Below, piece by piece: positions 12,982-27,066 of a DNA stretch of 64,000 bases; the first letter of the stretch is position 1; every line of letters begins with the position of its first letter. This DNA comes from Eledone cirrhosa. Taxonomy: Eukaryota. The stretch is taken from contig OZ024746.1 of assembly GCA_964016885.1 (NCBI GenBank), positions 2,108,001 to 2,172,000 of the forward strand. Reading direction: 5' to 3'. Below the pieces are notes generated by a model. The model saw only the letters and a program-made list of their open reading frames with translations. It did no database searches and was not told the DNA's origin. Made by a program: the position numbers and the translations under genes.

Positions 12982-13036
12982 TATATATATATATATGTAT
13001 ATAATATATAAGAACAAAAGATGGTTAAAAGAGTTC

Positions 13037-13121
13037 CATGTATTTTATTATGCGCATTTCAAAAACAAATATCATCATGCAATAATATTTGTGTTTTCAT
13101 CAGATTAAACAGGAAGACATG
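13037..13121 (-). ncRNA. Type I hammerhead ribozyme with intact core (mirror copy)
   Basis: Reverse complement of 13232-13316, with a single A.A mismatch in stem I (UUUAAU). Confidence 0.82.
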
Positions 13122-13231
13122 ATATGAAGGTTAAAAAACACTTATGGATAGTGCAGTTTTAAATCAACATATGTTAATACGTGATATGTTGATTTAAAAC
13201 TGCACTAAAAAGTGTTTTTTAACCTTCATAT

Positions 13232-13316
13232 CATGTCTTCCTGTTTTATCTGATGAAAACACAAATATTATTGCATGATGATATTTGTTTTTGAAATGCG
13301 CATAATAAAATACATG
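13232..13316 (+). ncRNA. Type I hammerhead ribozyme with intact core
   Basis: CAUGU-cuuccug-UUUUAU | CUGAUGA (13250-13256) | long stem II CAAAUAUUAUU/GAUGAUAUUUG | GAAA (13293-13296) | palindromic stem III AUGCGCAU | AUA^ (cut after 13304) | AUAAAA-u-ACAUG. Confidence 0.88.
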
Positions 13317-13447
13317 GAACTCTTTTAACCATCTTTTGTTCTTATATATTATGTATACTCCAGTTCTACAAACTGTAGAGTGCTTCTTATCCGATATCTG
13401 CATTGCTTTATTGTACTACAATAAAACTCACCTCCTACATATATGTG

Positions 13448-13500
<53 letters not shown>

Positions 13501-13548
13501 GTATATATATATATATGTATATATATATATGTATACATATATGTATAT

Positions 13549-13884
13549 GGAGGCACATGGGTTAGTGGTTAGTGCATTGGCCTTGCAATCAAAAGGTTGT
13601 GAGTTCAATTCTCAGACCGGGTGATGTGTTGTTTCCTTGAGCAAGACACTTTATTTCAGATTGCTCCAGTTTACTCAGCTGTAGAAATGAGATGATAGGG
13701 ACCCCAGTCCCTATCATTCCACTGCAAAGTGGTCGTGGAGGTGCCACGGCAAAAGAGCACCCACCACTCACTGTAAATGAGGTTGGTGTTAGGAAGGGCA
13801 TCCAGCTGTAGAAATCAAGCCTGAATCAGTTCCCGTCCCACCCTTGCAAGCACTGAAAAGCGGAGGTAAAATGAAATGATGATG
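13549..13884 (+). mobile_element. tRNA-derived CORE-like SINE
   Basis: Same family as 8061; embedded in (TA)n. Confidence 0.88.
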
Positions 13885-15594
<1,710 letters not shown>

Positions 15595-15595
15595 A

Positions 15596-16030
15596 AGACT
15601 CAATAGCCATCCAAAATCACCGGGAGAGATGACCCCTTAGCCTTTGTCAAGGCAGAATTCTAGGAGAAGGAAAACTCTGATATAACACCTGCAACCCTGA
15701 TGGTATCCAATGATGTTGACTTGTTCTTCTTTTTGGTAAATATCATCTTGGTTAAGAGAGTGGGACTGGCTTTATGCAGTGCCTTTGCTCACTATAAAAG
15801 CTTCACAGCACAGGCATTGCTTTATATCTGGAGATCTCTCTGCACTTGTCATCACGTGGTCAATATGATGCACTATGTGTCAATAATGGTCACAAGTGTA
15901 GTCTTTGTACCAGAGTTTTCAAGTCGCTGGCTGGACTAAAAAGTCACATTCGTTCAGCGCATCGGTAGGGGTTCTCCTACATGGATGTAAAGCAGTGGCC
16001 GTACTCGAAAACGAGTTGGCAGCCACCATA
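15596..16030 (+). mobile_element. Short RTE-derived element: 5'UTR-like start joined to the ORF C-terminal zinc finger and 3'UTR
   Basis: CTAGGAGAAGGAAAACTCTGA motif typical of RTE 5'UTRs. [24 protein letters not shown]2H2 end at ~15897-15968. Flanked by (TA)n. Confidence 0.6.
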
Positions 16031-16196
16031 TATATATGTATATGTATATATATATATGTATATATATATATGTATATATATATGTATATGTATATATGTA
16101 TATATATATATGTATATATATATATGTATATATATATATGTATATATGTATATATGTGTATATGTATATATGTATATATGTATATATGTGTATATG

Positions 16197-16227
<31 letters not shown>

Positions 16228-16376
16228 GTATATATATGTATATGTATATATGTATATATATATATGTATATATGTATATGTGTATATGTATATATGTATA
16301 TGTATATATGTATATGTATATATGTATATATATATATGTATATATATATATGTATATATATATGTATGTATGTATA

Positions 16377-16409
<33 letters not shown>

Positions 16410-16520
16410 ATATATATGTATGTATGTATATGTATATATATATGTATTTATATATGTATATATATATGTATATATATATATGTATATGTATGTATGTATA
16501 TGTATATATATATATGTATG

Positions 16521-16554
<34 letters not shown>

Positions 16555-16841
16555 TGTATGTATGTATATATATGTGTATATATGTGCATATAGATGTGTA
16601 TATATATGTATATATATATATGTATATGTATATATATGTGTATATATATGTATATGTATATATATATATATGTATGTATATATGTGTATGTATATATATA
16701 TATGTGTATGTATATATATATATGTATGTATATATATGCATATATATATATGTATGTGTATATGTATGTGTATATATATATGTATGTATATATATATATG
16801 TATATATGTGTATAATATGTATATATCTATATATATCTATG

Positions 16842-16894
<53 letters not shown>

Positions 16895-16915
16895 CTATGT
16901 ATATATATATATATC

Positions 16916-16960
<45 letters not shown>

Positions 16961-16996
16961 CTTTGTATATATATATATATCTGTGTATATATATAT

Positions 16997-16997
<1 letters not shown>
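16031..16997. repeat. (TA)n / TATG microsatellite field
   Basis: Low-complexity TA. Confidence 0.97.
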
Positions 16998-17031
<34 letters not shown>

Positions 17032-17290
17032 TTAGCGTCCGTGTTCCACGCTTGCATGGGTTTGGACGGGAGTTTTCCCACTTGAGGCAAGAGCGGTTGT
17101 CTTGCTCGCATAGGACTGTCTGGCAGGTTTTCTACAGTTGGATGCCCTTCCTAACACCAACCACATTTACAGTGTGGGGCTGGGAGGTTTTTACCGTGTT
17201 GCCTACACGGCCACATTACAGCGTGGACTGTGTGTTTTTTTGTTGTGACACCTACACGATCTCATTTGTTTCGGCCTGGATGTTGTGGCA
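16998..17290 (-). mobile_element. RTE-type 3' tail element
   Basis: (ATC)n tail followed by GGATGCCCTTCCTAACACCAACC, shared with the SINE tails and with 34230-34480 and 51730-51965. Confidence 0.7.
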
Positions 17291-17632
17291 CCAACATAAC
17301 TACATATATATAGGACTCTATTCCCACTCTACTACCCTAAGTATTGAATACTCTAGTGCGTTATGGTCCATCTGGTTCCTTATCACAATTCCTTTATTAG
17401 ATATATATATATATATATACATAGATATATATATATATATATAAGTATTGATATGTATATATTTATATATATATATATGTAACTATGTATATATATATGT
17501 ATCTATGTGTATATATAAGTATATATGTATAACGAAGGAATGGTAAGGAACCAGATGAACCATGTATCTATGTATATATATATGTATATATGTATCTATG
17601 TATATATATGTATATATATCTATGTATATTGT

Positions 17633-17966
17633 GGAGGCATATGGCTTAGGGGTTAGAGCATTGGTGTTGCAATCGAAAGGTTGTGAGTTCAATTCTCAGA
17701 CCAGGTGATGTGTTGTTTCCTTGAGCAAGACACTTTATTTCACATTGCTCCAGTTTACTCAGCTGTAGAAATGAGATGATAGGGACTGGAGTTCATATCA
17801 TTCCACTGCAAAGTGTTCGTGGAGATGCCTCGGCAACAAAGCACCCAGCACTCACTGTAAATGAGATTGGTGTTAGGAAGGGCATCCAGCTGTAGAAATC
17901 AAGCCAGTATCAGTTCCCGTCCCACCCTTGCAAGCAGGGAAAAGCGGACGTAAAATGAAATGATGA
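17633..17966 (+). mobile_element. tRNA-derived CORE-like SINE
   Basis: Same family as 8061. Confidence 0.88.
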
Positions 17967-18315
17967 TATATATATAAGAAAATCAAGAAAGTGGGCAAGG
18001 CGACGAACGAAAACAAGGCAAAACGAAAAACAATTTTTAGAAGGGGGAAACATAAAAAAAAAAAATTACAAACAAAAGACACAGAACTGCAGGGTCATCG
18101 GCCGGTGAGATGGACTTGGCTGTTATGAACCCTACCAACGGCACAGTTGGTCCACCCGGGGTCACAGCGTCTGACACAAGTCAAAGCCCTGTCTTATGGA
18201 GTAAGAGACAAGACAAAACAGCAACTTATTGCAATTAAGCTATGACAAGTACACATAGAATTCCACGTGGCGATGTATGTATATATAATATAATATATAT
18301 ATATCTTAACTTTTT

Positions 18316-20790
18316 ACCCACATATTGCTAGGAGGGTTATGGGGGCAGTCTTGAAGGATGCCTTCCAGCGAATCTGCTCTGAAGCAACTGCCTCCAATTG
18401 ATCCTGCTGGATCCCCAAGTAAGACTAGACAAGCTTATGGATGTTATCCAACAATTTTACTCCCGGTTTTTCTTTTTGAGTGGCCTACTGGCTGGTTTTG
18501 CCTGTAAAATCTGTTCAGGAATTGTTGCCATTTTGAAGATTATGAACAGGAAAATTGACAGAGTCCGACACCCACAATGAATGGTCTCAATGTAGCACTA
18601 TTTATCTGAACACAAATACTATGGCATTCGTATAGAGACATCAGGGCAACAAGCTGTTCATTGAGATCCCATACTCCTGCAGAAGTTTCAACATGTGCCG
18701 TGGAACACAGTCATATGCCTTTCTACAAAACTGGAATACACCTCTTAGTAATAACCCCACAATTTCTCAAAGAATTGATGCAGTGTGAATATTTGGTCCC
18801 CTGTGCTGTGTCCAGAACAAAAACCACACTGTTTCTCAGCTAGCTTCAACTTGACAATCTCCCTACACCATTTTTCCAGACACTTAACATATACTTTACC
18901 AGAGAGGCTTTAACAAGATCTGTAATTGGGACAACTTCTCTTGTCTCCTTTTTGAAAACTGGGATTATCACTTCTGATTGCCATTGATTAGGTGACTTTC
19001 CAGAGATTCATGCCACCTGGCACACATAAATTAGCTAGAGAATACCTTCTCTAAGTCTTTTAACATCTCGGGCTTAATTTCATTCTTCCCAGTGGCCTTG
19101 CCACATTTGAGCTCTTCAAGTGACCTCAGCCTCCATGAGGTTAGTCATCACTCCCAGATGCACCTCTTCTACATCAGATGCTGCTGTTGTGATTGGGTTT
19201 AGGAGATTTGCAAAGTATTCTCTCCACTTTGCAAGGTTGTATTTCTCTGAAGAGTGAAGGACCTCAGGAGGACATCTCATTACGAAATTAGATGATTTTT
19301 GCTGATCTGAAGTCGGATTCCAGCTTAACGCCAAAGTCCTCCCATGTCTTAACTTTGGACTCCTTTACTGTCTTTCTTATGAGCCTGCATGCAAGAAAGA
19401 GGACTTATTTTCAAGCTAAACTTTGTAAGCGTCCTTCATTCCTTAGATGGCATTTTTGACCACTTGATTGAACGAAGGAGTCCTCCTACTACCTGTTCTA
19501 CACCAAGTTGCTTCTGCTCACAGCATTTATCAGCTGAAGTAGAAACTGCCAAGCTGAACAATCTCCACTTTGTTTCAACATCTTCAGTTTGTTCGTGGAG
19601 TTCTTTGAATTTGGATGCAAACTTGTCCATGACTTCCTTATCTGCCAGAGCTTCCCACTTTATCCTATAGGTTGAGCTGGACTTGCAAGTTTTGTGGGCT
19701 CTCTTTGTTTTAGGTAGTCTCAAGTTGCAGATAACTAGATGGTGATCAGTTCACAGCTCAACTATTGATCTCTGTCCCTGATTCCCCTTATACCATTTAT
19801 ATTTATGGATGTCTTTGTGCTGGATAAAAGTGTTCATAATAGAAAGCCTTATTAGACTAGAACAGAAGTCTAATAAGGCCTTTCTATTTGTATTTAGATT
19901 CGGATCATCGTTCCCTCCAGTCACTCCTCTCCATGTCAGGTAGTCAGTGCCAATTAGGATATATGACTGTCTTAACTATATCTAACACTGTAGTGACTTC
20001 ATCAAGCAAGGACTTGTATTTGGGCTCTCTGGTGCATAAACTTGCACCACACACACCTTTTTTTCAAAACCTAGGCTTCAAGAGGCAAATCCTCCCTCCC
20101 AATGGTATCCAGTTCATAACCCATTCTGACAAGGATCGGGGCTTTTGAGTATGTCCACTCCCGCTTGTGCAGTCTCTTCTGGTATTGCATCTGAACAGTG
20201 GGTGGGGTTTATGTGAAAACTCCGAGTATATTCAGCTTCATCCACTAGTTTCTGCTCCTCATTTGTGAGGATTTTGATGTTCCAGCTTCCGATGGTTACG
20301 GTTTGCTCCCTTCTGAATCCTCTTTGAGGTCTCGGGATACGTATACCTCGTATTCCACGCCTTCCAGGACAGGCCAGTTAGCAGCGTTGGGTGGAGACTG
20401 CAATATATTTTTTGAACAAGTCCCTCTACCTAAGGCCTGAATGCGTCCCTAGTTTTCCCATGCGAAGGACAATGCAGTATGACTGCCTTTATTGTGTCTA
20501 GCCATATTGCAGTGTTGGGGTGCTTTCATTCGTGCCAATCTGGTTCTAAGAACTGCGAAGGCTGGGCTTTTTCCGAGGCAGCCTTTACTCGCCTCCTTGT
20601 AGCTACATCACTGAGTTGTGAGAGTCTTCTTGGGGAGCTAACAGTATCTCCCATTACTCCATTTCCTCTAGTAGTTCACCAGGGTTGCTTATTTGTCCGG
20701 TAGCAACCCGTTTATATCGTAACTAACCACCATATCTGCTCACCGTATTCTCGCTGTCCGCCACCTGCGACTCGTTCTCTAGCAGAACAG
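18316..20790 (-). mobile_element. Decayed, internally deleted RTE-clade LINE
   Basis: Minus-strand remnants of an APE endonuclease (WNI.. near 20283; TDHHLVICNL near 19720-19750), KWREYFANLLNP, and an RT region (V..PVFKKE.., LCFC..GHSTGDQIFT). Many stops and frameshifts. Confidence 0.8.
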
Positions 20791-20949
20791 CTCTGTAAGT
20801 TAGAATAAATAATTTTTTATTTTTTAAATCATAAAACCCATTTTAACTGAGTGTAATCTAGTCTGCAAATTGGCAGAATTGTTCGAATATCGAATAGAAT
20901 GGTCTGCGGTATTTCTGTCTATAATTTATATTTATATATATATATATAT

Positions 20950-21067
20950 CCGAGTTTAATCGAGGGTAACCCCAGTAAAATAGGTGCTCAATAAATTAGT
21001 AGGGTGAAAACATCATATTGCATTCCTGATCATTTCATACGACTGAAACAGTTCCAGTTCCGTAGAA

Positions 21068-21071
<4 letters not shown>
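20950..21071. mobile_element. pLTR-like fragment with a degenerate hammerhead (21020-21070, plus strand, G8C)
   Basis: GCAUUC-CUGAUcA-...-GAAA-CAG uuccaguu CcG-UA-GAAGC; same family as 50521 and 52070. 20950-20992 matches 51995-52040. Flanked by (TA)n. Confidence 0.6.
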
Positions 21072-21147
<76 letters not shown>

Positions 21148-22535
21148 ACATACATATACATCTCATTACAAAATTGGTTTGGTGTACTTTTAATTCGTGT
21201 AGATTTCCCACCTCTTTTATTGCAAAACTAGTCTCTACCCCAAACGCTTCTGCGTTTTTTTACGTCTCTATATATAATTAGATAACTCCCTTTTTCGCGA
21301 TAGGAGACTTTGGTATAATTGATTCAATTGCGTTATTTACTTCATCCATGAGTACCTTATCTTATTTCAATGATATTTTATACAAATATGACACAAGACA
21401 CAATCAGAGCACCCTGTCTATGTTCACGAAATTAAATCATTTATGTTTAGGTATCATCTGTATATATAATTGTCTACTATGTGAAGCATATTTAATTGAT
21501 ATAAATGTGTGTGTATTTATATATACACACACACTCACACATTTGTCTGGTATATGCCATACGTATGCGTACTTTCTTTTTCAGTTAGTCGTTATATTTA
21601 TAAACTATAAGAAAATCTAAAATATTTATAATGTACCAAATTTATATTAGGTTTCAGTTTTCATACCACTATTTATCATTCTAATTTAAATTTCTTAAAC
21701 AGAATCGTGTATTACATATACGACGGTGTATTTAATTGTTTCTTCCTTTCCCTATAAAAAATCTTCTGCTTTCTCACTAAATATGTGATGATGAAAATCA
21801 TTTATTTTGTATTAAAATCTCATCTTTAGACATATGGAGGAATATGTATTCTTTGATTTATTAAATATCTATTGATGATATATATATATATATATATAAT
21901 ATATTGTTCGATTTATGAAGACACTATTTTTATCGTTTTAGTATTATCAGAAAAGGGGAATTAACAAATTATGTTTCTGGATTTCTTTGTCGCTGATATA
22001 AATAAATCTTAATGTTATACGTAGTTACTTCCTAACTGCTTTCTCTATTGTATTATCAGCAATGTCCGTAAACTATGTTGATTAGTGTGGTAAAAAACCA
22101 AAAAAAACCGAGCTGACCAGACTGACTGTAACAGAAAATTTTATTCAGATTTTATAAGTGTCCAATGTTAATGCATCAACACCAGTTATTTATTTATTCT
22201 AGTGTCCTTTTCCTGACCATATCGCCACATGCTGGCTTGACATGCATTGATAAATGCGTGCCGCGTATCAAAATAGAAATGGAGCTTTTAAAATGTAAAG
22301 TAAATAAAAGTACCTTGGTGACATTAAAAAAAAAAAAAAATGTTTTCAACATGGGTGTCTACGTGGTCATTTTCCCGAGGGAAGCACAGATTGATTATTT
22401 TATTCCTAGATACTGTTAAAAAGACAAGATGGTTGCGACTGTAAACACTGTTCAAAAGCCTGCTTAATCAAGACTGACCTGGGGCTTTTAACAACAGAAC
22501 CTGTAATTAATTTTCACGTTTGTGTACATAACTAG

Positions 22536-22672
22536 AGGCGGGGAATTGGCAGAATCGTTAGAACATCGGATAGAATGCTCCCTGCACTTTAAGTTCAATC
22601 CCGCCGAGTAACTTTGTCTTTCGTCCTTTCCATGTCGATAAAAAAAAAGTATTAGTCAAGTACTGGGGTCGA
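22536..22672 (+). mobile_element. Nin/Deu-domain-like SINE fragment (further plus-strand fragments at ~1180-1268 and ~56625-56750)
   Basis: GTTCAATCCCGCCGAG..AACTTTGTCTTTCGTCCTTTC..GTCGATAAAA; reverse complement of the 35869 family. Confidence 0.65.
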
Positions 22673-22751
22673 TTCTTCCTCTATTATCTCTTTCTCACTT
22701 CCTTTCAATCATTCTCTATCCTTCTCTGGAAGAAATCTGCTATATTCTGAC

Positions 22752-22858
22752 CCGGAGAGGAATGGGCTCCGTCAGGTTTAAAAATGCCCTAGAAAAGCCG
22801 TATGTCAATACGGCACCCCAAGAACTCCGCCAAGAGTTACGGGACTATGCATGCATAC
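22752..22858. repeat. Dispersed repeat, second copy at ~49518-49620
   Basis: Shared CTCC.TCAGGTTT.AAA.ATGCC.TAGAAA...TATGTCAATA.GGC...GAGTTA..GGAC.ATGCATGCA. Confidence 0.7.
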
Positions 22859-23036
22859 TTAATTGATTTTCTCGTTATTGAAATATATCCTGTTTTCATT
22901 AAATATTGTGCTAATTATATATCAGGTCAGTTTAGTGTATAGTTGCTTATGTATTATGTAACTATAGACAGAGATATGTTTGTATATTAAAAGCAAACAA
23001 TAAGTAATACATCTGTTTGTGATTCGTATACGGGTG

Positions 23037-23103
<67 letters not shown>

Positions 23104-23133
23104 GTATTCATTTTATTAAGGCTAAATAGTGAA

Positions 23134-23181
23134 TCTTATTACTCTGGAGTTTCGCCTGTTTATCACAGGTTCATCAGACAA
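23134..23181 (-). ncRNA. Type I hammerhead ribozyme with intact core
   Basis: UUGU-CUGAUGA-a-CCUGU(gauaa)ACAGG-c-GAAA-CUC(ca)GAG-UA^-AUAA. Confidence 0.8.
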
Positions 23182-23185
23182 CTGT

Positions 23186-23233
23186 TCGTGTCTGATGACC
23201 ATGATAAACAGGTGAAACTCCAGGATAACAAGA
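23186..23233 (+). ncRNA. Hammerhead motif, core intact but stems II and III damaged
   Basis: UCGUGU-CUGAUGA-ccaugauaaacaggu-GAAA-CUCCAGGA-UA-ACAAGA. Confidence 0.6.
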
Positions 23234-24749
23234 CTCACTATTTAGCCATAATAGAATGAATATTAAAACTCTATTTCAGTATTGAGTACTCTTTTCTCTC
23301 AGCCTTCAACCACATGTATTTGTGTGCTTTGAGTGAATGAAAAACAGCACTCAGACTCCTTTGAATATCATGCACTGTTTTAGGATCCCTTTTGTTCCTC
23401 ATAATATCAAGTATGTAAATCTTATTGTGCTCCTCAGCTACGAGGCAATAAACCTATACATTCACTCAACCTCCTATTAGTCTAGTCTATGTATTAATAC
23501 TACATTTCATCATAACACTCTACTATTTTAAAGAAAGGCAGACATGCTTACCAATATTATAATAGATATACAATAAGATGTTGATTTGGGCCCCAAAACA
23601 TTAAAGTTATATTGGAAATCTAAACAAAGCTATCTATATGACCCAACAAGGCCTAGATGTCATAAGGATTAGTTACATAATGGTTTCTGATTTAGGCACA
23701 AGGCCAGAAAATTTGAGGGAGGGGAAAGTCGATTAAATTGACTCCAGTGCCTTACTGGTGCTTTATTTATTGACGAGCCCCCCCCCCCCCCCCCCCCCGT
23801 AGGGATTAGTTACATAACACCAAATGCTTCATTACCACAACATTTCATGATTTCCATTATTAACAAAAAACCCACAACAAAATATTTCTCTTTCCTGAAA
23901 CAAAAGCCCTTTTACATAGTGAATCTGTCCCACCCCTCATCTAGGCAAGGAACATACTTTCCTGCTTGTTGAATGCTCACTGGTTCCCAACAGTTATGTT
24001 AAACCTCTGAAAATCACATCCTAAATAAGCTCGGCTTCTTGCAATTTACTCTCAAACTAGAGACACAAAAATGTTTCAGATGGCAAATGACAGCTCTCTC
24101 AAACACTTAGATATATTATATGGAATGTCTTCAGACAAGAAAGAGCAAACAAGAGGAATGGGAAGAACATTCCTTTTTAAATCTTTTGTCAGCAAAAATT
24201 TCTATGCAACAGTTTAGAATATAAAGAGCTGCAATTGAAAGACTTCTAAAATGTCTCAAAAACTCAAAGATTAAACAGATTTTTAAAGGATGTCAAGATG
24301 CACATCTTCCTAACGCCTCTGAACAACAATTTAGAAATAGCTATACTCAGAGTAGAGGAGCCTTCACTAACTCACTATGATAAAAAAGGTGATTGAGTAT
24401 GTAACAGTCAGTATTCAATATTACTCTGCTTAGCTTAACCATTAGTTACCACAAACTATGGAACATGTATATATAATTATATCTCTATGTACATATATAT
24501 ATATATATATATATATACACATCAACAGACAGGGTTAGTACTCAAGCAGAGCTATTGACATCTTAAATAGACTGGGGCCCAGCATCTTGATTACATATCC
24601 CATCATACACCTGAGTGTATTTTATCATGACATTAAGTACTAGAGAGGTTGTTATGCCTTTCATACAGCTGAAAAGTCCTCTCGGCCCTTTGTTTGACTG
24701 GATGCCTTTCCTACCATTAACTGCTTTACAGAGTACTGGGTGTGTTTAG

Positions 24750-25275
24750 CTTTTTGTTGATCTAGAAAAGGCCTTTTACAGTACCTTGATTTATTATCTA
24801 GTGGTTCTTAAGGAAATTAGGTGTAGAAGAATGGCTTGTGAGAGCAGTACATGTACAGAGGAGTTGTTAGTAAAGTGAGGAATTCAAGGTACAGGTAGTT
24901 CATCAGGGTTCAGTTCTTAGCCCACTGCTATTCATCATAGTTCTCCAGGCTATAACAAAGGAGTTTAAGATTGGCGTCCATGACTGGCAGGTGTAGAATC
25001 AGTCTGCTGGAATTTGCAGACGACATGGTATTACTTAACTCGACAGAAGGTGATCTCCAACTTGCGCATGATAGGTTTGATGCTGAGCACTGCATGGCTA
25101 GAATGAAAATCGGTGGTGTGAAAACTGAGACACTTGTCCTTTCAAGAAAGCCTGTGCAGTGTATTCTTTGTGTGGGGTTACACTGAAGTAGTGAACAAGA
25201 GATGGAAGGTAGGAGGCTGAATTAAATGAAAGAATTGCAGAGCTGGTGCAGTAATGCGTCAGCTTCAGCATTCGG
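24750..25275 (+). mobile_element. RTE LINE RT remnant
   Basis: AFVDLEKAF, VHQGSVLSPLLFIIVLQA and LLEFADDMVLL motifs. Confidence 0.8.
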
Positions 25276-26921
25276 TAATATATATAGTTTTTAAAATTAA
25301 AATAATTTATTTCTGTTCATATCAGTCACACCAGTCATACAACAGTGTTTAACTTAATCTATTCAGTTTCTATCTTATCTCTAACTGAATAAGAGTTAAC
25401 TGTGAATTGCCTGCCTTCTCTAAGAAGTGTTAAATAGAACATTGACATCATATTAAAAATAAATGCAAGGTTAAATATTTGCTCCTTTTAGAGGAAAAGT
25501 TATAAGTTTTTGTGTGGATTTTAGATAAATATTGGCTGATGTCAAGCATGAATGGAAACGGAGCAAAGATTATTGAAACCAGTAAATTCATCATTATGGT
25601 GACATGCCATAAAGTTTGAATTGTCAAAATACATGCAACTAAAATTATATTCAAGAAATTCAGAAGAGTAAAAACAACAAATCAAATTCAACACCTTGTG
25701 TAGAAAATGGCATATTGACCCCAGTACATATTTTTTCAAGTCTGGTACTTATTTTATCAATCCTCTTTTTTTTTTTGTTGAACTGCTAAGTTATGGGCAT
25801 AAACAGACACAGTTACATATTTAAAACACCCATGTATACATACAATAGGCTTCTGCAGTTTCTGTCTACTAAATTCCACTCGCAAGGTTCAACCCAAGGC
25901 TATAGTAGAAGACACTTGTCCACAGAACTGAACTCCTTTCAGTATTTAATAAAATATAAAGGAATGCACTGCTGAGCATGAAAAGCATTCTAGAAGGAAG
26001 CTTTTAGCTTCTCAAAATATCCATGTTAATTTAATCAATAAGAAGATTTTGATCCAGTTCCCAAGCTCAGATCAGAATGACCCTTCTGAATTTATTCCAA
26101 AATATGTGAGTACTTTATGTGTATCAGACTTGCTACCACACAGATTAAAGAGTAACACTATAGTCAGTCTACTATGTACAACTGATCAAAGGAATGGCAA
26201 ATGGAACAGTGCCTACTGCTATTGGAACAGAATTCAATAACACAAAAATTATAGCTTATGGTTTTCATCAGGAAAATTGTATTTATTCATTTATTCCAAT
26301 AGTTACCTTTTTTCAGTGATAAGTATATCACAAAGGCAATAATTTAAAAAGCAATGTACTATATTGCAGTCTGTGTTCTCACATGGTCAACTATATGTTG
26401 CTTCTAGAGGTGGGGAACCTTTTCATGTTGAAAGGCCACATTAAGTTACTTATAATATAATAAGGCCGCATTCAAGAAACCATAATTATATATTCTTAAA
26501 ATCTACATTATTTTGTAAAAAAATCTAATTACTATCTACTAATTATCTAAAAAATGTTACAACAGACACAAAATAAAACAAATTCAAATATACAGTCAAG
26601 TTGTCTAACTTTTCACTTCTCTTATTCCAAGATGGTCTCCACTTCATCCAGTTTCTTTTCACACTCCATGCTGTTTGTGTCTGTATGTATGTGTACATGT
26701 GACACACACACACACATATATATATATATTTCGTTTCTGAATTTGTTTATCAAGATTCTTTATCTGAAAACGTGTGTTGAAACCGATATTGTTATACTTT
26801 GGGAGGGCCATGTTGCCAATAAGAAACACACGCACCAGTTGCTTTCACTTCAATTTATTATAAATTAAATTTATAAATTTCCGGTTGGTTGGTTCCACAA
26901 GCAGACGATTGTTCATATATT

Positions 26922-26962
26922 GTCAAAGTTCTTTCGTCACATTCTGTGACCTCTTCAGTGAC
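26922..26962 (-). ncRNA. Minimal type I hammerhead motif
   Basis: GUCA-CUGAAGA-g-GUCAC(agaau)GUGAC-GAAA-GAAC-UU^-UGAC; lies between two TA-rich runs. Confidence 0.68.
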
Positions 26963-27020
26963 TGGGGATTTTTTTTGTTTTTGTGCCTTTCCTTTGTTTT
27001 GTCCTACGCCATCTTGTTTT

Positions 27021-27064
<44 letters not shown>

Positions 27065-27066
<2 letters not shown>

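Larger units (their letters stand above)
13001..13352. mobile_element. Near-perfect palindrome (~170-bp arms, 11-nt loop) of two inverted hammerhead-bearing pLTR-like units
   Basis: 13001-13172 is the reverse complement of 13184-13352, apart from one mismatch and an ATGGAT/AAA bubble. Confidence 0.92.
23105..23313. mobile_element. Inverted pair of hammerhead-bearing pLTR-like units (palindrome 23105-23262)
   Basis: Arms are reverse complements around ~23183. The right arm continues as the 1690-1820 family. Preceded by (TA)n. Confidence 0.85.

Noticed and set aside
20560-20790. HDV-like ribozyme at the RTE 5' end
   Set aside because: Known in some RTE 5'UTRs, but the nested double pseudoknot could not be built by eye; needs an RNArobo or Infernal search.
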